Below, one piece after another: positions 10,651-17,544 of a stretch of DNA of 24,668 nt. The notes below the pieces were generated by a model that saw only the letters and a program-made list of their open reading frames with translations, made no database searches and was not told where the DNA came from. This DNA comes from Promethearchaeota archaeon (lineage in GTDB: Archaea > Asgardarchaeota > Lokiarchaeia > Sigyniarchaeales > SOKP01). A program made the position numbers and the translations under genes. The stretch is from positions 1-24,668 of the forward strand of contig JAEOSU010000007.1 of assembly GCA_016840165.1 (NCBI GenBank), written 5' to 3'. How positions within the stretch are numbered: position 1 is the stretch's first letter; the number at the start of each line of letters is the position of its first letter.

Positions 10651-10848
10651 ATAAGATTTTAAGATCAAAAAGCAATATTTTTTAGTTTAATCTACGACCA
10701 TAGCTTAAATTTAGAATGAATCAATAAATTAATACGGGAGATTATCCCTATTCTATTAGACACTTTATTTTCAAATTGATACTAAACTTTATATTTTTTA
10801 ATCTCTTAAGAAGGATTAAGCTTTTCATCATCATATTTATCTAATATC

Positions 10849-11253
10849 ATGCGATTTATTAAAGAAAAAAAAGAGTTTAAGTCTTCACTTGAAGAACTTT
10901 TAAAAAATGTCATGGATGATGTTAAGGAAATTCAAGCTGCTCAAATAACCGCTGATACGGGACAAGCTCTTGCCTCTGCATTGCCGTCTGACGTCGATGA
11001 TATGCGTTTTGCTGCAATAACTGCCGCATTATGTTCTCTTAGTGAGAGAGCTATTTCTGAAATGGGTTTAGGCGAACTGGAACAAGCCTATATTAAAGGA
11101 GATAAAGGATATGTATTAGTACTTCGGGCAGGAGAAGATCAGGTTCTAACCGTCACAACGACCAATAAAATCAAGCTCGCTCCTATCTTATTTAAACATT
11201 ATAAACACTTCGATAATGATGATAATCTTTTAAGTAGTGAAGCTTCTCTTTAA
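10849..11253 (+). CDS. Roadblock/LC7 (MglB-like) domain protein
   Basis: Pattern DTGQALASALP...RFAAITAALCSLSERAISEMGLGELEQAYIKGDKGYVLVLRAG, typical of the roadblock/LC7 fold. Confidence 0.92.
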   Translation: MRFIKEKKEFKSSLEELLKNVMDDVKEIQAAQITADTGQALASALPSDVDDMRFAAITAALCSLSERAISEMGLGELEQAYIKGDKGYVLVLRAGEDQVLTVTTTNKIKLAPILFKHYKHFDNDDNLLSSEASL

Positions 11254-11254
11254 A

Positions 11255-12058
11255 TTACTCTAACCCAATTTCTTTTGGTGTAAGATTATGAAATTGCTGT
11301 ACTTTTGGGAGAGTCATAATCCTATAGAAATGATATTTAAATCTCTGGAGTAAATTCAGTTTTTTTGGATATTCCACTCGATTATTCATAATAGGTTGTT
11401 CTCTGAAATTCTCTGTAAAAAACCCTGACTTATAGAATCGCCTATAATATAAATAGCAGTAAATTAATTTAAGATATTTTCTTTGAAGGGGGGTAACTTG
11501 ACTTTGAAAAGAATTGTAAGCTTTATAAATTATCTTTCTATCTTTCCAATGAACTCGGAAAAAGGTATCCGAATTATAGGTATAAAAATAATATATTTTT
11601 TTTGGTAAATATCTTTCCTCTATTTTTTTTAGTGCAAGGTAAACTAGTCTTCCTGTATTTAGATGATCAGGGTGATGATCAAGAAGATACCAAGGATCAG
11701 GGGCAAAAATAATATCAGGTACATCTTTCTGAATAAGATCTGAGATCTGAATAATTGCTTTTCGATTTATAGGAAGATGACCATCTATATAATCTATAGG
11801 TATTAATTGTGTTTGGTTATCGGTATAATTAGTAAATAATTCAATACTTTTTTTTAACTCGTGAATCCTAATCTTTTTAAGTCGTTTTCCTTTGAAATCA
11901 AGTTCATGAGTACCAAATTCACTATTGGTCATGACGATCTCAACCACATTAAATCCTAAGCTAAGTGCTCTTACATAAAAAAATGGCATACCAAATTCTA
12001 CATCGTCTATATGAGGGGAAAAGATAAATATCGTAGGTTTCTTAATGTTAGGTGTCAT
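11255..12058 (-). CDS. PIG-L/LmbE-family metal-dependent deacetylase
   Basis: SPHIDDVEFG (HxDD), MTNSEFG, RIHE, HPDH motifs. Confidence 0.88.
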   Translation of the reverse strand: MTPNIKKPTIFIFSPHIDDVEFGMPFFYVRALSLGFNVVEIVMTNSEFGTHELDFKGKRLKKIRIHELKKSIELFTNYTDNQTQLIPIDYIDGHLPINRKAIIQISDLIQKDVPDIIFAPDPWYLLDHHPDHLNTGRLVYLALKKIEERYLPKKIYYFYTYNSDTFFRVHWKDRKIIYKAYNSFQSQVTPLQRKYLKLIYCYLYYRRFYKSGFFTENFREQPIMNNRVEYPKKLNLLQRFKYHFYRIMTLPKVQQFHNLTPKEIGLE

Positions 12059-12100
12059 AAAGTCTCATAAATGTTTAGTTTTCGTTTAGATAAAATATGG

Positions 12101-13543
12101 CTAAGTAATTTTTTTATCTTTGATATCAATACCTAAGTCTCGTAATTTATCACGAATTTTATCGCTAAGGTCAAATATTTTTCTATTTCTAAGGTCTTCT
12201 CTTGTTTCTTGCAATATCTTAACTAAAACTTCTATAGTTTTCTCGGCCTCCTCAGTATACGCTCCTGAAAACTTAGAAATCCTAGATTCTAAATCGGGAA
12301 AAATTCCAAATAAAGCATCGAGCTCATCGATAAACTTGAAAAAAGTATCTTTAAAATTCCGAGATATTGGCTTTGCTTCTTGAAGAATGATTCTATTTAT
12401 TTCTCTAGATAATGATAAAAGTTCTGCTATTGCTTTAGGAGTATCTAAATCATCATCTAGGAAAGTTAAAATATTGGAACGTGCTGTAGAAATAGCATTT
12501 GCTAAGTTCTTGGTCGCTTGAGTCTCTTCATTTGAAACATTACTTTCATTGATTTGTTTTATTGTGTTAATTAAGCGATTGTATGACTTTTTCGATTGCT
12601 CCATGTTTTCTAAAGAATAATTGATCGAACTTCGATAGTGACTGGTTATTAAAAACCAGCGTACCACCATTGGATCATATTCTTTAATTATTTCGGAAAT
12701 GAGAAAATAATTTCCCAGACTTTTCGACATTTTCTCATCATCCACATTTATAAAACCATTATGAACGAAGTAATGAGCAAAAGGTTTTCCCGTATAAGAT
12801 TCTGATTGAGCAATCTCGTTTCTATGGTGAGGGAATTTAAGATCCTGCCCACCCCCGTGAATATCAATTGTTTCCCCTAGAAAGTTTAAAGCCATAGCCG
12901 AACATTCAATATGCCAACCAGGCCTTCCCTTTCCCCATGGACTTTCCCAATACGGTTCTCCTTTTTTCATCTTTTTCCATAGGGCAAAGTCCCTTGGATC
13001 ATATTTGTCCTGCCCATATGCCGTATCCTGATCTGTCGAATAATCATCTTCCTCGCCAATATCCTCATCTGATACATTCTGCATTATTTGGTGATATTTT
13101 GGAAAAGAATTCACCGCAAAATAGACGGAGCCTCCTTTTTCATATGCATTTCCCTTTTCAATTAGTTTTTCAATGAAATGTATAATAAATGGTATGACTT
13201 CTGTAGCTCGCGGATTTTTCGTATCTTTGAAAATATTTAACACATCCATCATGTCTTCATATTCTTGGATATATTTCTCAGCAATCTTTCGATAATCTTG
13301 ATTTAATTCATTGGAACGTGCGATAATTTTATCATCGATATCAGTATAATTCTTTATTAGCTTTACCTCAAATCCTTTGAATCTAAAATAGCGATGAATA
13401 AGATCCAAAGACACTGCAGATTTCATGTGACCTAGATGGGGGCTTTCATAAACGGTTGGACCACACCAATAAATTTTAACCTCATTTTTCTTAATGGGTT
13501 TAAAATCTTCCTTCTGAAACGTTAAACTATTGTAAATCTGCAT
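12101..13543 (-). CDS. cysS: Cysteine--tRNA ligase
   Basis: CGPTVY, HLGH (HIGH), NYTDIDDKII, DFALWK, GRPGWHIECSAM, DIHGGGQDLKFPHHRNE, KMSKSLGN, DALR-like DDLDTPKA and anticodon-domain SDKIRDKL. Confidence 0.98.
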   Translation of the reverse strand: MQIYNSLTFQKEDFKPIKKNEVKIYWCGPTVYESPHLGHMKSAVSLDLIHRYFRFKGFEVKLIKNYTDIDDKIIARSNELNQDYRKIAEKYIQEYEDMMDVLNIFKDTKNPRATEVIPFIIHFIEKLIEKGNAYEKGGSVYFAVNSFPKYHQIMQNVSDEDIGEEDDYSTDQDTAYGQDKYDPRDFALWKKMKKGEPYWESPWGKGRPGWHIECSAMALNFLGETIDIHGGGQDLKFPHHRNEIAQSESYTGKPFAHYFVHNGFINVDDEKMSKSLGNYFLISEIIKEYDPMVVRWFLITSHYRSSINYSLENMEQSKKSYNRLINTIKQINESNVSNEETQATKNLANAISTARSNILTFLDDDLDTPKAIAELLSLSREINRIILQEAKPISRNFKDTFFKFIDELDALFGIFPDLESRISKFSGAYTEEAEKTIEVLVKILQETREDLRNRKIFDLSDKIRDKLRDLGIDIKDKKIT

Positions 13544-13568
13544 AAATTATCACTTGATTGTTTTTAAG

Positions 13569-13676
13569 AGCCAGTGATGGGATTTGCACCCATGATGGCG
13601 AAGCCAACGGCTCTGCAGGCCGCCTCCTTAACTATTCCCGTCAAACTTATAAAAGCTTAACCTCGGATACACTGGC
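13569..13676 (-). tRNA. tRNA-Cys(GCA) with long variable arm and a predicted 27-nt D-loop intron (13635-13661)
   Basis: Minus strand: acceptor GCCAGTG/CACTGGC with discriminator U; D-stem TCCG/AGGA; anticodon arm GCGGC-CT GCA GA-GCCGT; variable region TGGCTTCGCCATC; T-arm ATGGG-TGCAAAT-CCCAT. No encoded CCA. Intron boundaries are inferred from a helix-bulge fold. Confidence 0.88.
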
Positions 13677-13819
13677 ATTATTATAGACCAATTCAGCAGA
13701 TTTATGCCTAAATAAGCATACTCTGCTCAACGACATGTATATATTGAGCATGTTAAAAGCTTAGATAAAGTATATGAAATTTTATGATACATGTTGATGA
13801 TCTATTGTTATGGTATAAG

Positions 13820-13833
13820 ATATATAACTTTGC
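13820..13833 (-). promoter_or_regulatory. Candidate BRE/TATA for the tRNA-Cys-cysS unit
   Basis: Minus strand reads GCAAAG TTATATAT (purine-rich BRE plus TATA). The AT-rich background lowers its specificity. Confidence 0.35.
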
Positions 13834-13903
13834 TTAATAATTTTAGATTACCTAAAAAATTTTTTGAAATTAATATTTAAAAAAAGAGAAGATAACAAAA
13901 AAA

Positions 13904-14419
13904 TTAGTTAGATATACATTCTTCACAGCAGGAACCATCTTCACAATAGTCACATTTGCTATAATCGAAGTCAAAAGGAAGGACAAAATCATTAATTACA
14001 TCTGTGACAATATCCATATGTACACTTAAAACATTTTTATTTTTTCTGAAGTGACGATTGATGATTTTATCTAAATGATTTAGTTTTGTACTAGCAACAA
14101 AGACACTTATATTAGATGAACCGCTTAATCGAAAGGCATTGAGCATGTACGGACATTTCTTTACTAGATTAATTATCTCTAAGGGTTTTAAGGTTTGTAT
14201 TTCTACTCTTGCAAGAATGAGATCCATTGTTTTAACGTTAATCCCTGCTTGAAATTTCAGCACGCCAGAATCTTCAAGCTTTCTGATCCTCATCCCAATC
14301 GTGGGTTGACTTCTATTCACTCGCTTAGCAATTTCTGTATGAGTGAGTGTGGGCTCTCTTTGTATTAACTCAATAATATTTTTATCAATTTCATCAATTT
14401 TAAAGACTTTACTCTCCAT
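13904..14419 (-). CDS. Lrp/AsnC-family transcriptional regulator with Cys-rich C-terminal tail
   Basis: IDEIDKNIIELIQ...HTEIAKRVNRSQPTIGMRIRKLEDSGV HTH, a RAM-like domain and tail CDYCEDGSCCEEC. The ATG at 14419 (preceded by GAGGG) is preferred over the TTG at 14434. Confidence 0.9.
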   Translation of the reverse strand: MESKVFKIDEIDKNIIELIQREPTLTHTEIAKRVNRSQPTIGMRIRKLEDSGVLKFQAGINVKTMDLILARVEIQTLKPLEIINLVKKCPYMLNAFRLSGSSNISVFVASTKLNHLDKIINRHFRKNKNVLSVHMDIVTDVINDFVLPFDFDYSKCDYCEDGSCCEECISN

Positions 14420-14687
14420 AATTTTGACCCTCAAAAAGTTTAATTAAGATTTAAAAAATATTATCATTTCTTATTCATTATTAACGATATGCCGATATAT
14501 AAATATTTCCATCTAGCGAATCATTATTCATAAAAATTGATAAAATTGCATTTGAAACTCGTTAAAATCAGTAAATATCTATAAAAAATTAGACAAATCT
14601 TTAATAGGCAAAAGATCGCATTTTATACATATTATTGATTTATAACGGTATAACTATATATAGTAATATGAAATAGGTATTTTTTTC

Positions 14688-15023
14688 ATGAATGAGATTA
14701 GTGGCTATATTAGTGATTTCTTAAAGGCTCTTTCTGACCAAACTCGCTTAGATATTTTATTTTTGCTACAAAAAGAACCAAGAACTTCCGCTGATCTTCA
14801 AGAACTTCTAAAAAAATCTCAATCAACTATTTCACAGCATCTTAAAATTTTATTTGCCAATGAACTCATTAGTTATGAAAAGAAGGATAAAGAAAATTTA
14901 TATTCAATTAAAGATGTTCAAACCTCTAACTTTCTCTCTGAAATAAATTCATTTGTTATTCAAAAGAATAAGGAGAAGTTGGAAGATTTTATTGACTCGG
15001 ATCTTAGAGATATACTGCCATAA
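14688..15023 (+). CDS. ArsR/SmtB-family winged-helix regulator
   Basis: FLKALSDQTRLDIL, SQSTISQHLKIL; no Cys metal ligands. Confidence 0.9.
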   Translation: MNEISGYISDFLKALSDQTRLDILFLLQKEPRTSADLQELLKKSQSTISQHLKILFANELISYEKKDKENLYSIKDVQTSNFLSEINSFVIQKNKEKLEDFIDSDLRDILP

Positions 15024-15049
15024 TTCATTTTTTAAGAGGGACTATAATA

Positions 15050-15598
15050 ATGAAAGAAAACGCTTCTAATGAAAATGACAGAAAAAAGATGCTTTTAATG
15101 GGCTTGGATAAAGGTGGTAAAAGCTCTATAGTTTTATGCTTAAAAGGAATTAGGAATATTGCATCCTTTAATCTATTAAATCCTACAATAAGAATCAATA
15201 GAGAAAATTTTAGATCATATGGTTCAGAATTAAATATATGGGATTTTGGAGGTCAAGAGCAGTTTCGAAATGATTATATCATTAATTTTAATAAGTATGT
15301 TTTGGGAACTGATAAAATTATCTTTGTAATTGATATTCAAGATACGGAAAGATATTCTCTTGCGTTAAACTATTTAATGGAAATTGTGAAAAAAATCCAG
15401 GAACAGAAAATTAATCTCGATTTTTCTATATTTTGTCATAAATATGACCCCGATATAGAAATGACCAATAAAAATTTTGATGAAAGTAAAGTAGATACGT
15501 TTATCGAAGAAATTAAACACAAAATGCCAACAAATTTTCAATATGAAATTTTAAAGACTTCAATTTATACTGTCTTCCAAAAAACAAATATTCATTAG
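15050..15598 (+). CDS. Small GTPase, Rag/Gtr- (RagC-) like within the Arf/Rag group; G domain only
   Basis: G1 LLMGLDKGGKSSI, G2 PT, G3 IWDFGGQ, IIFVIDIQD, G4 HKYD, G5 TSIY. HKxD and TSI[YW] are the Rag-type G4 and G5 forms. Confidence 0.9.
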   Translation: MKENASNENDRKKMLLMGLDKGGKSSIVLCLKGIRNIASFNLLNPTIRINRENFRSYGSELNIWDFGGQEQFRNDYIINFNKYVLGTDKIIFVIDIQDTERYSLALNYLMEIVKKIQEQKINLDFSIFCHKYDPDIEMTNKNFDESKVDTFIEEIKHKMPTNFQYEILKTSIYTVFQKTNIH

Positions 15599-15655
15599 CA
15601 ATTCAATCTAGTTTTAAGAAAGAGTTAAATTTTTTGGCAGAGATGATGGTAATTT

Positions 15656-17494
15656 ATGGTTGGGAAGGAAATAAAGAGTTCCCTTCTTAGTTTGACATCT
15701 ATCATTATCGAATACCTCATTTTTAGCAGCTTATTATTTCTAATATATCTTTCAAGCTTTTATAATTACTTATTATTCCATACAGTAGCTGAGCTTTCTG
15801 CTATCATTATTAGTATAGGAATCTTTATAATTGGTTGGAATTCAAAAGCATACCTTAAAACATCCTTCTTTCTCATTATTGGCGTATCTTTTTTATTTAT
15901 TGGAATCATAGATTTAGTTCACACGCTAGCTTACGCGGGAATGAATATTTTTATTGATTTTACCTCGAATTTACCAACTTCACTTTGGATTGTGGCAAGA
16001 TACTGGCAAGCGTTGTCATTATTATTAGCATTAATACTATTTAATAAGAAAATCAACTTGTATTATTTGGTTTTTTTAAATTTCATTTTTCTGATAATTT
16101 TAATGGAAGCTATTTTTTCAGGTATATTTCCTCTTTGTTACATTGAAGGCGTTGGCTTAACTCCTTTTAAAATTATTAATGAGTATATTATCGATATTAT
16201 CTTTATTATATCCCTTATTTGGTTCTACATCTTAAGAAAAGAATTTGATAAAAAAATTCGTGTTTATATCATAATTTCTACCATCTCTACGATTTTATCT
16301 GAAATAGCATTTACCTTTTATATTGGAGTCTATGATTTTTCTAATTTAGTGGGACATCTACTTAAAATAGTGGCGTTCTATTATATGTATAAAGCCATAA
16401 TTAAAACGGGAATAAAAGAACCATATGATCTACTATTTAGGAAACTTAAGTTAAGTGAAGAAGAATTGAAAATTAGAGCAGAAAGGCTCGAAGATATGGC
16501 AAGTTTCCCTTTGGAAAACCCAAATCCCGTTTTGAGGGTAAATGAAGCTCTTATTATGTCTGCGAATAAAGCAAGTCAAGAAGTTTTTAATACTGAAGAG
16601 GGAAACTTAATTCCTAAAACTTTGCAACATTATATTGATGAATGTTTTAGCACTTCAAAAAATATGGAAACCGAAATAAAAATAGGTGATGCAGTATATA
16701 CATTTTTCTTTATGATTAATGAAGAGAAAGGATACGTGAATATTTATGGTTTAAATATTACTGAGAGAATAAAAGCAAAACAACGCTTAGAAAGATTCGT
16801 AGCAACTGTCTCTCATGAGTTACGTAATCCAATATCTGTTTTAGTTACCTCAACAGAGTTCTTAAATAGTCACTCTGATGAGCTTACAGAAGAGATCATT
16901 CAAAAACTAAAAGAAGGTATGACGAAAAATATTTACTTGCTTAAAGATCTAGTAGATGACATTCTTATGTTATCAAGAATCGATGAAAGAAAAATTACTC
17001 TGGATTTGAGTGAAGTTAAACCCTTTGAGATCATCCAAGAGATATTGATATTAATGGAACCAATTGGAAATCGAAAAAATATGACGTTTAAGGTTAATAT
17101 TGACCCAAATTTGACCATCTATGGTGACTCTAAGCGTTTGGATCAAATATTTCGCATTTTTATTGATAATGCAATAAAGTATTCTGCAAAAGGTAGTATG
17201 GTAATGATTGAATCTGTGGATTTATATCATGGGCAATTAAACAAACAAAACATTGATGGAGTACTATTTTTTATCGAAGATACAGGCATTGGTATCGCAA
17301 AGGATGAGATACCTAATTTATTTAAACGATTCTTTAGATCCGATAAAGTGAGTGATATCCCTGGAACTGGTCTCGGATTGAGCATAGCAAAGGAATTGAT
17401 TGAACTCCATGGAGGTTCTGTAGAGGTTGAAAGTGAATTCATGAAAGGAACTAAGTTTTCTATTTTTCTTCCTAAAAAAAAAGATTATAAATAG
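15656..17494 (+). CDS. Membrane sensor histidine kinase (MASE3 - PAS-like - HisKA - HATPase)
   Basis: MASE3 signatures NYLLFHTVAEL, DLVHTLAYAGM, LWIVARY; FPLENPNPVLRV PAS-like start; H-box VSHELRNPI; N-box DNAIKYS; G1 DTGIGI; G2 GTGLGLSI. Confidence 0.93.
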   Translation: MVGKEIKSSLLSLTSIIIEYLIFSSLLFLIYLSSFYNYLLFHTVAELSAIIISIGIFIIGWNSKAYLKTSFFLIIGVSFLFIGIIDLVHTLAYAGMNIFIDFTSNLPTSLWIVARYWQALSLLLALILFNKKINLYYLVFLNFIFLIILMEAIFSGIFPLCYIEGVGLTPFKIINEYIIDIIFIISLIWFYILRKEFDKKIRVYIIISTISTILSEIAFTFYIGVYDFSNLVGHLLKIVAFYYMYKAIIKTGIKEPYDLLFRKLKLSEEELKIRAERLEDMASFPLENPNPVLRVNEALIMSANKASQEVFNTEEGNLIPKTLQHYIDECFSTSKNMETEIKIGDAVYTFFFMINEEKGYVNIYGLNITERIKAKQRLERFVATVSHELRNPISVLVTSTEFLNSHSDELTEEIIQKLKEGMTKNIYLLKDLVDDILMLSRIDERKITLDLSEVKPFEIIQEILILMEPIGNRKNMTFKVNIDPNLTIYGDSKRLDQIFRIFIDNAIKYSAKGSMVMIESVDLYHGQLNKQNIDGVLFFIEDTGIGIAKDEIPNLFKRFFRSDKVSDIPGTGLGLSIAKELIELHGGSVEVESEFMKGTKFSIFLPKKKDYK

Positions 17495-17544
17495 GATGTT
17501 CGAAAAATTATAATAGTAAACGATCGTTAAGATCAAATCTTATT

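Noticed and set aside
12101-13543. cysS as an MshC-type ligase
   Set aside because: It retains the C-terminal anticodon-binding region and sits next to tRNA-Cys.
13627-13661. GTTAAG direct repeat flanking the D-loop insert, read as a target-site duplication
   Set aside because: Excision between the repeats leaves a 6-nt D-loop, which is too short. The helix-bulge intron model gives a normal loop.
13569-13676. Reading the tRNA as tRNA-Sec or a selC*-type tRNA
   Set aside because: The anticodon is GCA, the discriminator is U, and the fold is a standard 7/5 with a short D-stem, not 9/4, 8/5 or 8/4.
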